Shown: in pieces, positions 17,284 to 25,633 of the stretch | Layout: the number at the start of each line of letters is the position of its first letter | How positions within the stretch are numbered: the first letter of the stretch is position 1 | Translations under genes and position numbers: made by a program | DNA from: a virus | Direction: 5' to 3' (one strand) | IMG/VR virus record: IMGVR_UViG_3300029750_000003 | Location: 1 to 45,646 of that record | DNA: 45,646 bases | The notes under the pieces: generated by a model | What the model was told of the DNA's origin: nothing | The model's database searches: none | Seen by the model: only the letters and a program-made list of their open reading frames with translations

Positions 17284-18698
17284 TCAATCTCGTTCTCCCC
17301 TTCCGTTGTCATGTCCTCCATCTTTGGCAGCATTTTCTTAGCCGTAGCCTCGTCCTCGTTGTACCACTTCATGCGGTACTCCCACGGGTTCATAATGCCC
17401 GCCGCAAGGTCCTGACGGTCATTATTCCGCTCGGTGGTCTTATCCTCGATGATAGAGTCATCAAAGTCAATGGTAACTTTAGCATCTTCATTCAGCCCGG
17501 CGCCCATGGCTGCATTCCCAAGCCGAAGAATAATATGGCACAACTCTGTAATGGCCTGTTCCAAAATGATTTCATGCTTTTTGATGGTCCTAAACATGGT
17601 GGAGTTTTCGCTGATGACCTGGGTGGCTGTGGTAATGCTCCCCTGGTCGAAGCGGTAATGGTTTTCTCCAAAGCCACACTTGCTGGACAGTAGATTCAGT
17701 TGGTCTTGGATACCCGTGTTGTGCTCCTGGGTACGTAGTGTCATGTCGATGGGCGTGATGACCGCACCGTCACTTACATCCTCCGGGAGTACATAGTAAG
17801 CCAAGTCGTCCGGGTCAAAAAATGGCTCTCCGTCAAGGTCTTTGGTTGCAGACGGCTTGACCATGATGCGCTTTTTTCCAAGGACGAACTCATTGACGTA
17901 GCTATCATAGGCCACATCTACGCCTTTGAGAACATCGATGGCGTTTGCATAGACAGAAACCCCCAGCGGAGAATCGTCAAAATTGTTGGCAATATTAGGC
18001 CTGTCAATAACAAACTGCCTCTGATCTGATCCGGTATGTACCACAGGAGGGACTGCCTCAAACCCTGGAATGTCGGCCAAAGACAGTTCTGCATCCACAT
18101 TGTTATTGCGGTAATGATAGATGCGATTCTCGATGTCGTATAAGCCGTCTACCTTGTGATGAATCTGGAGATAACAATAATCCTCACCGTTGACGGTCAC
18201 GATGCTATCAAATGCGCAATCGGTAATAATACCGTTCTGCCATGCCAGCGGCCAGATATGCTCCACGGTCACATAATCCATTACAATGCCGCTTGCGCTT
18301 CCAGGAATGGGACCAAACTCCGTCGCTTCCATGCCTACTACTCGCGGTATAAAGGCCACTGTCCCGAGTGCAAACGCTTTTTCCTGCATCTCATTTACCT
18401 GGACCAGAAAGTTGTTTTCGGCGAACACGCGGTCAATAAATTCCTGCTCCCGCTGCCCCTCCAGAGTGATTTCCACCTTTTCATTCATCAGGAGGTTTGC
18501 CCAATCCTCTGGGATCTTCTTGCCCATGTTGAGAGTATACCGCTTGCATCGAACCATGCTCGTTCCGTTTCGAACCTTGTACCGATGGAAGCCCTTCACA
18601 TCTCCAATATACCAGCTTTTCCATTCCTGCACTTTTCGGTAAAAGTATTCGCTGATGGTGGCAAAGCCCAGCTCTTTCAGCTTATCATTTATGTTCAA
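17280..18698 (-). CDS. Portal protein
   Basis: 472 aa, between terL and the MuF-like gene, with 4-nt overlaps on both sides. Confidence 0.85.
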   Translation of the reverse strand: MNINDKLKELGFATISEYFYRKVQEWKSWYIGDVKGFHRYKVRNGTSMVRCKRYTLNMGKKIPEDWANLLMNEKVEITLEGQREQEFIDRVFAENNFLVQVNEMQEKAFALGTVAFIPRVVGMEATEFGPIPGSASGIVMDYVTVEHIWPLAWQNGIITDCAFDSIVTVNGEDYCYLQIHHKVDGLYDIENRIYHYRNNNVDAELSLADIPGFEAVPPVVHTGSDQRQFVIDRPNIANNFDDSPLGVSVYANAIDVLKGVDVAYDSYVNEFVLGKKRIMVKPSATKDLDGEPFFDPDDLAYYVLPEDVSDGAVITPIDMTLRTQEHNTGIQDQLNLLSSKCGFGENHYRFDQGSITTATQVISENSTMFRTIKKHEIILEQAITELCHIILRLGNAAMGAGLNEDAKVTIDFDDSIIEDKTTERNNDRQDLAAGIMNPWEYRMKWYNEDEATAKKMLPKMEDMTTEGENEIE

Positions 18699-19933
18699 GC
18701 AGTTACCCCCATTCTTCTGAATACACGCTCAAGTGCATACCTTGTAGCGTCAATAAGGTGGTTATTCTCGTCAGGATACCCGCTGATGATCTCCCCATCC
18801 TTATTTCGCTCATACTCATAATTCACAAACTCGCTATAAGCGTTTGGAGTCCTTCTGCGGTCAATGACAATCTTCCGCTTCTGGAGCCACTTCATACCAT
18901 ACTCCACGCTTCCAGGCCCCTTAATTGCCTCTTTGGCCGGAAGGCCCATCGCCCGATAGTCTGCTGATGATTTAGGCTCTGCGCTGTCACAGGTAATGTA
19001 AGCATCCTTGTATCCTTTGGAAAGAATCAACTTTGCGCTCGCCTCGTTGGTCAGCTTATTTTGGTATATCTCGTCCATTAGGTATATTGTCTCCCTGGCT
19101 CGGTCATAGTGGAGGCGGATAAAGGCAAATGGATCAGGGAACCAGCCCCAGTCCACACCTTGATAGATACGGTCAAAGGAAGCGAACTCTTCGTCCGTGA
19201 TTCCCCTCAACTCCAGATTCTCAAATACGTTGCCGCCGGTGCCGACCGCTTCGCCCAAGTATTCATGGCGGTATGCCCGCTCATCCGTGGATTTCAGATG
19301 TTCGGCCTCTGCCAGAAACTGCGCCCCAAGCCATTCAGGCGGGGCCTCCAAGTATGTGCTCTTATGGCACAGCCTGTCCGCTCTTTCTTCCAAGCTGTCT
19401 TTGTTGGCCCAGTTGTCCCGGCTGATGGGTGGATTGTAGCTCTCAAAGTTCCAGAACTTCGACCCGCCGCGCATGGTAGATTGTAAAATGGTTCTAATCT
19501 CCGCCCGACCGGAAAACTGATCTTTTTCTTCAAAGTGTGTTACAGCGATATATCCGAACGGAACCTTGATGGACTTTATTTTCATGGGGTCATCAGCGCC
19601 CCGGAACATGATTTTCTGCCCAGTCGGCTTATAAATCAGCTCCATAGGCTGAACCTTAGCGTCCCAGTATGCCGCCATACCCAATTCTCCGATTGCCCAT
19701 AGATATTGTGCATATACGCTGTCCCGGATGGTGTTCGCCACTTTGCGAAGTACCAAGGCGTGGGTGTTTGAATTGGTCAGCAAGATAAGCGGCACCAGCA
19801 GGGAGACGCAGGAAGATTTAAGCGAGCCTCGGCCACCAGACAAATCATAGTGTGTGTGTCCGTGTTGGAATACGTCACGAGCCAGTAGGTGGAATGCAGG
19901 TCCAAGGACGGACGATAAACGAATCTCAGACAT
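18695..19933 (-). CDS. terL: Terminase large subunit (PBSX/Terminase_3-like, headful type)
   Basis: 412 aa. N-terminal Walker-A-like GGRGSLKS. Position after terS. Confidence 0.9.
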   Translation of the reverse strand: MSEIRLSSVLGPAFHLLARDVFQHGHTHYDLSGGRGSLKSSCVSLLVPLILLTNSNTHALVLRKVANTIRDSVYAQYLWAIGELGMAAYWDAKVQPMELIYKPTGQKIMFRGADDPMKIKSIKVPFGYIAVTHFEEKDQFSGRAEIRTILQSTMRGGSKFWNFESYNPPISRDNWANKDSLEERADRLCHKSTYLEAPPEWLGAQFLAEAEHLKSTDERAYRHEYLGEAVGTGGNVFENLELRGITDEEFASFDRIYQGVDWGWFPDPFAFIRLHYDRARETIYLMDEIYQNKLTNEASAKLILSKGYKDAYITCDSAEPKSSADYRAMGLPAKEAIKGPGSVEYGMKWLQKRKIVIDRRRTPNAYSEFVNYEYERNKDGEIISGYPDENNHLIDATRYALERVFRRMGVTA

Positions 19934-20306
19934 CTATGACCACCTTAACCTCCGTATCTCCATCGCCGTTCGCCTTTCCATCGAACGCTCCCACATGCTT
20001 TCCCAGTAATTCAAGCGCTTTTATCTTGCTGGAATACTTCAGATCGCTGTCATTCGCATCCGAGGCCGGTTTATCTGTGATTTCCTTCAGCTTGGCAAGC
20101 ACATAGTCCTGTGTAATCTCTGTCCGTTCACTTCTGGCTCTCTTTGCTTCCTGAATTGCGGAAGAAACGTTATTTTTCGTAATTAGCTGCCGCCCAATTT
20201 CAGGGTTTTTATACCCTGCCCGAAGAGCAGCCTGTGCGGCATTCAAATCCACAAGGTACTCCTGCACAAATCTTTCCTGCTTTGGCGTTAATGCCACACT
20301 CACCAC
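19926..20306 (-). CDS. terS: Terminase small subunit
   Basis: 126 aa. LTPKQERFVQEYLVDLNAAQAALRAGY is the signature N-terminus of Terminase_2-type small subunits. GTG start. Confidence 0.85.
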   Translation of the reverse strand: MVSVALTPKQERFVQEYLVDLNAAQAALRAGYKNPEIGRQLITKNNVSSAIQEAKRARSERTEITQDYVLAKLKEITDKPASDANDSDLKYSSKIKALELLGKHVGAFDGKANGDGDTEVKVVIDV

Positions 20307-20360
20307 CTCTCGCCTAAGTAGAGTCTACAAATGCCCCCCACCGCCACCGATAGAGCGCGC

Positions 20361-20490
20361 CCTCTCTCTTTCTTTTCGGGGGAGATTAAGGGGGGATTAT
20401 AGGGGGGTAAGAGATAGGGGGATCGGGGGGAAGGGAGAGGGGGGATAAAGGGGGCCATCAAGAGGGGGACCTTTTCTTTCTCTCTCCCTT
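20361..20490. repeat. Purine block with nine G5-G6 runs, flanked by an exact 17-nt pyrimidine mirror repeat
   Basis: G runs at ~20378, 20390, 20402, 20417, 20425, 20439, 20450 and 20464, plus GGG at 20433. cctctctctttcttttc (20361-20377) is the exact mirror of cttttctttctctctcc (20471-20487). Confidence 0.85.
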
Positions 20491-20500
20491 GCTTTCGTTT

Positions 20501-20538
20501 TGCTTTTGAAATGCTTTTAAATGCTTTTAAATGCTTTT
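20501..20538. repeat. Phased 10-11-bp repeats of tgctttt (four copies)
   Basis: tgcttttgaa atgcttttaa atgcttttaa atgctttt, giving helically phased T-tracts. Confidence 0.85.
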
Positions 20539-20658
20539 CGCCGCCTACTGTCGAGCACTGGCTCGGATCCGGCCAGCCGTCACAGCCTGTTAAGCGATAC
20601 ACCCGTGTGGGTTGATAGCCTCCCCCGTCTCCTGCAACTGCGGGGCGGCAAATATTTT

Positions 20659-20710
20659 ACGCTAATATTAGCATTTTCATGTTGACAATACGCTAATATT
20701 AGCGTATAAT
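20659..20710 (+). promoter_or_regulatory. Consensus sigma-A-type promoter with two palindromic operators
   Basis: TTGACA (20682-20687), a 17-nt spacer, then TATAAT (20705-20710). The perfect 16-bp palindrome ACGCTAATATTAGCGT (20690-20705) fills the spacer. A second copy, ACGCTAATATTAGC (20659-20672), is centred 31 bp upstream. Confidence 0.8.
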
Positions 20711-20750
20711 AGAATCATCAAGAGGGGGACAGCCCCAGGAGGTAACTAAC

Positions 20751-21098
20751 ATGAAAAAGTACAATCTCTCTGAAATCATGAAAGCCGCTTGGAACCTGCG
20801 CAAGATGTCCCTCAAGTGGGTCACCTCTCTCAGCTTCGGTGAGTGCCTGCGCCGCGCCTGGAAGGCCGCGAAGGACGCCGCCCGTGTGTTCTCCGGCCTC
20901 GTGTGCAATGTCCAGGTCGGCGGAACCCTGGCGCACCCCGTCCTGGTGGATATCGACATGGACGCCCTGACCGTCACTGGCAATACCTACCCCGTGCGTA
21001 GCATGATGCGCGAGTTCGGTCTGGTTTGGGATCGTGACAACAAGGCTTGGACTGGCAGCCGCGAAACTCTCAATCCCATCTGCGTCAAGTACGCTTAA
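20751..21098 (+). CDS. Hypothetical protein (115 aa), first gene of the plus-strand cassette
   Basis: ATG 8 nt after AGGAGGT. Helical N-terminus (NLSEIMKAAWNLRK...FGECLRRAWKAAK). C-terminal GNTYPVRSMMREFGLVWDRDNKAW motif. Confidence 0.75.
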   Translation: MKKYNLSEIMKAAWNLRKMSLKWVTSLSFGECLRRAWKAAKDAARVFSGLVCNVQVGGTLAHPVLVDIDMDALTVTGNTYPVRSMMREFGLVWDRDNKAWTGSRETLNPICVKYA

Positions 21099-21121
21099 TT
21101 ACGATTGGTAAGGAGACAACT

Positions 21122-21574
21122 ATGGAAAAGTATTACATCATTGCAGACTTAAAGCGTAACCCAGCCGCCGGGGAGGATGTTCCCCCCGTCCCTGGTGCCC
21201 AGGTATATGAGGGGAGAATGAAAGCCATCATCGAGGCTGAGAACTGGGAAACAGCCATGAAGCAAGGCCAGGAGCTGATCATGGGCTGCCTGAAAAAGCA
21301 CATCGTCCCGTACCAGTGGGTCTGGATGCCCGTCAAGGACGCCGAGAAGATGGGGGACACCGCCATATATGAGAGGTACCCCACCGCAACCAGGCTGACC
21401 TATGAGCGAGTCAAAGCCGGTCTGACGCAGAAGCAGTTGGCCGAGCGCTCTGGTGTCAATATCCGTCAAATCCAGCGTGTCGAGCTTGGAGAGTCCGAGG
21501 CCGGAAACCTCACCGCCAAGAATCTGCTAGCAATCGCTGACGCGCTTGGCGTGGAGTTGAGGAGACTTCTCTGA
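21122..21574 (+). CDS. XRE-family HTH protein with ~85-aa N-terminal domain of unknown function
   Basis: ATG after AAGGAG. C-terminal LTQKQLAERSGVNIRQIQRVELGESEAGNLTAKNLLAIADALGV is a classic XRE helix-turn-helix. Confidence 0.8.
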   Translation: MEKYYIIADLKRNPAAGEDVPPVPGAQVYEGRMKAIIEAENWETAMKQGQELIMGCLKKHIVPYQWVWMPVKDAEKMGDTAIYERYPTATRLTYERVKAGLTQKQLAERSGVNIRQIQRVELGESEAGNLTAKNLLAIADALGVELRRLL

Positions 21575-21984
21575 TGGCTGTTGTTGTAAAGCCCCGTACC
21601 TGCCGCCAGTGCGGCGCTGTCTTTGATGGCGGCCCCCGCGCATGGTATTGCCCGGCCTGCCGCCTGGTGCGGAGTAGAGAAGCAGACGCGAGGCGGAGAA
21701 AAAAGGGGCGAAAGGCTGACCGCCCTCTCGGTAGTATCGATAAATGCACCGTCTGCGGGAAAGAGTATGTGGTAAACTCTGGCCGGCAAAAGTATTGTCC
21801 CGACTGCGCCTATGAGGCCGTCCGCAAGGTGGATCGTCCAGCCTCACGGGCTTGGAACCAGGCCAACAAGGAAACTTACTATCCAGCCAGGAATGAAAAG
21901 CGCCGAAAAGAACGCGCGGAGAATCCAGAGCTGGTTCGGGCAAAAGAACGAGCTGCCTATGCCAAACGAAAATCTAAAACATAA
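21574..21984 (+). CDS. Basic protein with two zinc-ribbon motifs
   Basis: CRQC..17..CPAC and CTVC..14..CPDC. Lys/Arg-rich C-terminus. ATGA overlap with the preceding gene. Confidence 0.7.
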   Translation: MAVVVKPRTCRQCGAVFDGGPRAWYCPACRLVRSREADARRRKKGRKADRPLGSIDKCTVCGKEYVVNSGRQKYCPDCAYEAVRKVDRPASRAWNQANKETYYPARNEKRRKERAENPELVRAKERAAYAKRKSKT

Positions 21985-21992
21985 CCATCCTT

Positions 21993-22020
21993 CCGCCCCT
22001 TCGGGGGCGGCTTTATTTTT
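21993..22020 (+). terminator. Rho-independent terminator of the plus-strand cassette
   Basis: CCGCCCC-ttcg-GGGGCGG followed by CTTTATTTTT. Confidence 0.85.
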
Positions 22021-22342
22021 GAGCGGGTGAGGATTTGCACCTCACATGAGTGGATTGCTGTCTAACGCCCGTCGCGCATTACTGCGGCCTGCAAACCCGA
22101 GGGACGATACCCATACCGCGAGCAGGATAATAGGTGCCACTCTACCCGTCACCATAGCGTCTACCTTATTCCGCCACCGCTCAATGTTTTCAGACCGACC
22201 AACATCTTTTCACCAGCCACCGCCAGCCCTTCACCCTGAATGGGGTGGTTTTCAGCCGTGCGGCATATTGCACACAGAGGGGGTGGCGGCAGATGCACCG
22301 ACGCCACCCCATCCGTGTGAAGGAGGAAGGGGAATGAAAGAG

Positions 22343-22380
22343 AATGGGAGCGCAGGGGCACACGCTCCCACACTCCCATT
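22343..22380. terminator. GC hairpin, probably a bidirectional terminator closing the early operon
   Basis: GGGAGCG (22346-22352) pairs with CGCTCCC (22363-22369). An alternative outer pairing is AATGGGAG/CTCCCATT. T-rich sequence follows on both strands. Confidence 0.55.
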
Positions 22381-22457
22381 TTCGCATAGTTATTGTTTTG
22401 TGCTCACTACATGTTGTAAAAACAGAATATTTTTAACAATATAATGAAAGGTTAGCC

Positions 22458-22655
22458 TTAATCAAAATACCCCAAGCTCACATTGTAATATTTTGCAATT
22501 ATCAAAAGATTTGATATCGTTGGCTCATGCTCTCCCCTCTCGTATCCTCTCAACGTATTGGGCCCCAACCCCATCAACTGCGACACAATATCAACCCTTT
22601 TCCCGGGCTCCTTTTCTTCCCTTAACTTTATCAATTTCTCCGGGAACTTGTTCAA
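22458..22655 (-). CDS. Small XRE-family HTH protein (65 aa), last gene of the early operon
   Basis: ORF track. HTH-like VDIVSQLMGLGPNTLRGYERGEHEPTISNLLIIAKYYNVSLGY. AT-richer than the upstream genes. Confidence 0.7.
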   Translation of the reverse strand: MNKFPEKLIKLREEKEPGKRVDIVSQLMGLGPNTLRGYERGEHEPTISNLLIIAKYYNVSLGYFD

Positions 22656-22658
22656 GGG

Positions 22659-22868
22659 TTATCCCTCCTTCGGCGGGTCTGGGAGAGGCATCCAGTGGGT
22701 GACACCGCCCGGCTCTCTTTCTCCGTGTGGTGTAATGACACGCCACTTCTTTCCCATGTCACTATGCCAGCCCATCATGGTCTGCCAGCGTTCATGCCAA
22801 AACGCCACCACAAGGACATCCGCTTGACTTTCCGGCAGCCTGTCCTTGACGCTAATCCACTCGCTCAT
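22659..22868 (-). CDS. DUF551-like protein
   Basis: Internal ATG 8 nt after GGGGAGGG. WISVKDRLPE...THWMPLPDPP matches the remembered DUF551 pattern. Confidence 0.6.
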   Translation of the reverse strand: MSEWISVKDRLPESQADVLVVAFWHERWQTMMGWHSDMGKKWRVITPHGEREPGGVTHWMPLPDPPKEG

Positions 22869-23277
22869 GTTGCCCGCCCTCCCCGTCGTGGATGGAGCCG
22901 ATGATTTCTTCCTCACCAGTCCATGCGTATCCTGGCATCAAGTCAGATAGATAGATTGCTGGCATTCCTCCGATAAAGGTTCCGCCGTGTTCCTGAACCC
23001 ATACCACCTCATGGGTGCAACCACGGCTGCATTTTACAATGTCCCCAACAAACACTTTCCTCCCGTTCTTGTCGGTCAGGCCGGTGTACTGGCAGAGCGT
23101 GGAAGGGTCGACCTCAAGGCAATTTACAGTAGAAAAAAGAGACTCGCCCTTCTTGTAAAGCACAGCACTCTCAGATGGTAAAATCGATCGCCCTCCATCT
23201 GCAAACGAAATCAAGCTTCCTTTCACCCACTCGCCATTATCCAGCCGCTTGGCTTTGAAAAGGATTTCTCTGGTCAT
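22852..23277 (-). CDS. YopX-family protein
   Basis: REILFKAKRLDNGEWVKG...LCQYTGLTDKNGRKVFVGDIV is the typical YopX signature. Confidence 0.7.
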   Translation of the reverse strand: MTREILFKAKRLDNGEWVKGSLISFADGGRSILPSESAVLYKKGESLFSTVNCLEVDPSTLCQYTGLTDKNGRKVFVGDIVKCSRGCTHEVVWVQEHGGTFIGGMPAIYLSDLMPGYAWTGEEEIIGSIHDGEGGQHERVD

Positions 23278-24008
23278 TGGGCACCTCCGATGATCTCGTC
23301 CAATGTGGCCCGCCTTATGCTCCTCAGCGTAGGAAACGTTTCATCAAGGTTATCAAGACTGCCCTTATAGTTGTCTTCGTCATCATACATGTAAAATGTC
23401 TGTCCCACTATATCAACGTATGCCAATGTTTTAACAACTGGATATAGCACTTTGATAGCCTTCGCCCTCTCCACCTCCTGCTCCGTCCAGCGGGGCTTGC
23501 GGGCGATGTTTTCTGGATGATTTATGAGATTGTTAAGACATTCCACAGTGGAGAATCCCCAGCAGTCATTTGATATTTCAAGCTGGAATGTCCCATATTT
23601 ATTGATACGAAATCGCCCTAACGTGTTTCCTCTAATTTCAAACTTTTCTTCTGGTTCAACCCCAAGCACCTCGCAAATTCTCGGCTTGTCCATGTTGGCC
23701 TCCTCCTTGATTTTCAGGTACTTTTCGATGGCTTCGTCCAGGTTGTCCTCCTTTCGCTGGCCGTAGGAGCAGAAATCATCCGGCTTGACCGGGTACTCCA
23801 TATCGTGCTTGCCCATCCGGTAGCACAGTCGCATGAGCTGGTTGTGCCGTTTTGTACGTAACTCTCGGTAAAACTTGCACTCCCGGCACCTGACCACAGG
23901 CACGGCGTCGATGGTGGGTAGGCTATCAAACATACGCTTCATGACGGCTCCAGTCACCCCATCACCACCAAAGCACTCTCGTGCATTATCCGCATCAACT
24001 AGTCTCAT
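23274..24008 (-). CDS. Hypothetical early protein (244 aa)
   Basis: ORF track, with a 4-nt overlap to the next gene. CRECKF zinc-like motif. Confidence 0.65.
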   Translation of the reverse strand: MRLVDADNARECFGGDGVTGAVMKRMFDSLPTIDAVPVVRCRECKFYRELRTKRHNQLMRLCYRMGKHDMEYPVKPDDFCSYGQRKEDNLDEAIEKYLKIKEEANMDKPRICEVLGVEPEEKFEIRGNTLGRFRINKYGTFQLEISNDCWGFSTVECLNNLINHPENIARKPRWTEQEVERAKAIKVLYPVVKTLAYVDIVGQTFYMYDDEDNYKGSLDNLDETFPTLRSIRRATLDEIIGGAQ

Positions 24009-24144
24009 GCTCGGCCTCCCACTGTTTCTTCATGTCTTCGTATAACTCTTCCATCTTTCGATTCCATCCCTTGAGCTTCCACAGGACAAGCAGGCCAAGC
24101 GCTATCCACTCAACAGCAGCTATGATCGTCAGAATATCAGCCAT
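23995..24144 (-). CDS. Small single-pass membrane protein (49 aa)
   Basis: ATG 7 nt after GGAGG. MADILTIIAAVEWIALGLLVLWKLKGW.. The longer 111-aa track ORF overlaps the upstream gene in another frame. Confidence 0.5.
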   Translation of the reverse strand: MADILTIIAAVEWIALGLLVLWKLKGWNRKMEELYEDMKKQWEAEHETS

Positions 24145-24556
24145 CCTGCTCCCTCCGCAGTGCGTCCTCGGCGTCCTTTGGGGTATCCCCAAATACACAC
24201 CCGTTGTCCATATCATGTAAAACATTGATGGCGCTTGCATAATGGGCTTTTGCCGGTTTGGGGAAGCGCGCACTGCACATATACACCCATCTCGGAGGCT
24301 TGAATGGCAGCACCACGCACAGCCCCTCATTGTCCGCCTGGACCAGTTCGCGGAGGCGTTCAGGTGTTATACCAAGGGCTTGTCCGGCCAGCTTTAAAAC
24401 ACCATCCTCATTAAATGCCCGCTTTAGGTCCTCCGGCTCCAGACCAGTGTCCTCGTAGGCGGCAAGGCGGTCACAGACATCTTTATTCATTTGTCCATAT
24501 AGGTGGGGCTTGAAACACGCCCTGCCATCGGCTGATCTTCTGGTCAACCGTTCCAT
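24137..24556 (-). CDS. Hypothetical early protein (139 aa)
   Basis: ORF track. The RLAAYEDTGLEPEDL motif is common in Firmicutes phage early genes (recollection). Confidence 0.65.
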   Translation of the reverse strand: MERLTRRSADGRACFKPHLYGQMNKDVCDRLAAYEDTGLEPEDLKRAFNEDGVLKLAGQALGITPERLRELVQADNEGLCVVLPFKPPRWVYMCSARFPKPAKAHYASAINVLHDMDNGCVFGDTPKDAEDALRREQDG

Positions 24557-24557
24557 G

Positions 24558-24836
24558 TCAGTCCTCCTTTTGGCCGTCCCACTTCCATGCGGGGCAAAGT
24601 TTGTGCAGGTCCTCTACTGCCGCATCCCTTTCCCGCTTCACCTGCTCCAGCTCGACCCGCAGCTCCTTGTTTTCGGCTTGGAGCGTGGAGAGGGTGCTCC
24701 GTACTTTCTCCACCACGGTTCTCATGTTCTGCATTGTGTGGTCGTCCCAGCTGGTTATCCAGCGCAGGAACCGCTTCTCTCTCTCCGTCAACTCTACACC
24801 CCGTAAAATGTCCTCAAATTCCGCTGGGATTTTCAT
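24558..24836 (-). CDS. Hypothetical coiled-coil protein
   Basis: ATG at residue 11 of the track ORF, after AGGGGA. The start could instead be 24866. Confidence 0.55.
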   Translation of the reverse strand: MKIPAEFEDILRGVELTEREKRFLRWITSWDDHTMQNMRTVVEKVRSTLSTLQAENKELRVELEQVKRERDAAVEDLHKLCPAWKWDGQKED

Positions 24837-25059
24837 TATTTTTTCCCCTTTCCGGCGGCCCATCAAAGGCCGTCCAGTATTGGCCGTACAGTTCCAGGCT
24901 AAACGGTTTGATATGCTTGCAGTATAGGTACCCGTCCTTCACGCCCTGAGCAATCTCCAAACCGCCCCATTGGAGCTGGGCTATCCCTGCACCCTCAATG
25001 TAGATTGCGGTCTCCTGGGTGATGGATTCCAGCTCCTGGCGGGTGTATTGGCATCTCAT
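24814..25059 (-). CDS. Hypothetical early protein
   Basis: ATG after GGAGGT, with an ATGA overlap onto the upstream stop. Confidence 0.55.
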   Translation of the reverse strand: MRCQYTRQELESITQETAIYIEGAGIAQLQWGGLEIAQGVKDGYLYCKHIKPFSLELYGQYWTAFDGPPERGKNNENPSGI

Positions 25060-25415
25060 GGCGATACCTCCGGCAGGCGGCGGTAGGCAAGCCATGTTTG
25101 GCCGTATAGTTCTCTATTCCCGTAATCGTATTGGTCAAACGCCGACACAAATAAAGCCTTAATATCGTCAACGGTATGCACTAACACCCAGCAACTTTCC
25201 CCATCTTCCAGCTCGACGATATATACAGGCTTTTCCATCATATTGCCCAGCTCATTCCATGTCAGCGGCTCGTTCTGCGGGGTGAGGGTGGGCATATGCT
25301 CAACGCAGTACATTACCCGTCCCATCAATGCCTTTTGTGCATCGGATTTTGCCAGTTTATTTGCAATATTTGCAATCTCCAGTTCGAGCAACTCTCCATC
25401 AATCGCCCTTGCCAT
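25056..25415 (-). CDS. Hypothetical early protein (119 aa)
   Basis: ORF track. Confidence 0.65.
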   Translation of the reverse strand: MARAIDGELLELEIANIANKLAKSDAQKALMGRVMYCVEHMPTLTPQNEPLTWNELGNMMEKPVYIVELEDGESCWVLVHTVDDIKALFVSAFDQYDYGNRELYGQTWLAYRRLPEVSP

Positions 25416-25429
25416 CGTTCAGCGCCTCC

Positions 25430-25633
25430 TTAACCATGCGTGGGCTTCCCTTTGTGGGGATTTCTTGCGTTGGCAATAAAAGCATCCATAATAAGCGTGA
25501 GACGATTATGTTTGACTTCGCCATTTCCATCGATATAAAAGTTTTTCATGCTCCACCGCTGGAGTTCTCGGCCAAATGGATAGTCTACAACTACGTCTTG
25601 CCCAATTAGGGCTATAAATTCATTTTTTGTCAT
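25430..25633 (-). CDS. Hypothetical early protein (67 aa)
   Basis: ORF track. Confidence 0.55.
   Translation of the reverse strand: MTKNEFIALIGQDVVVDYPFGRELQRWSMKNFYIDGNGEVKHNRLTLIMDAFIANARNPHKGKPTHG

Noticed and set aside
20300-20602. 100-aa minus-strand ORF upstream of terS
   Set aside because: Its Pro-rich sequence (PFIPPLPSPRSPYLLPPYNPPLISP) is simply the translation of the C-run repeat block. It has no RBS and lies in an obviously regulatory or packaging region.
22046-22444. 132-aa plus-strand ORF and 72-/65-aa minus-strand ORFs in the convergent intergenic island
   Set aside because: The composition looks like nonsense, there are no RBS sequences, and the ORFs cross terminator hairpins. 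Only the last 36 codons have an AGGAGG in front, and those are reported as a low-confidence peptide within a finding.
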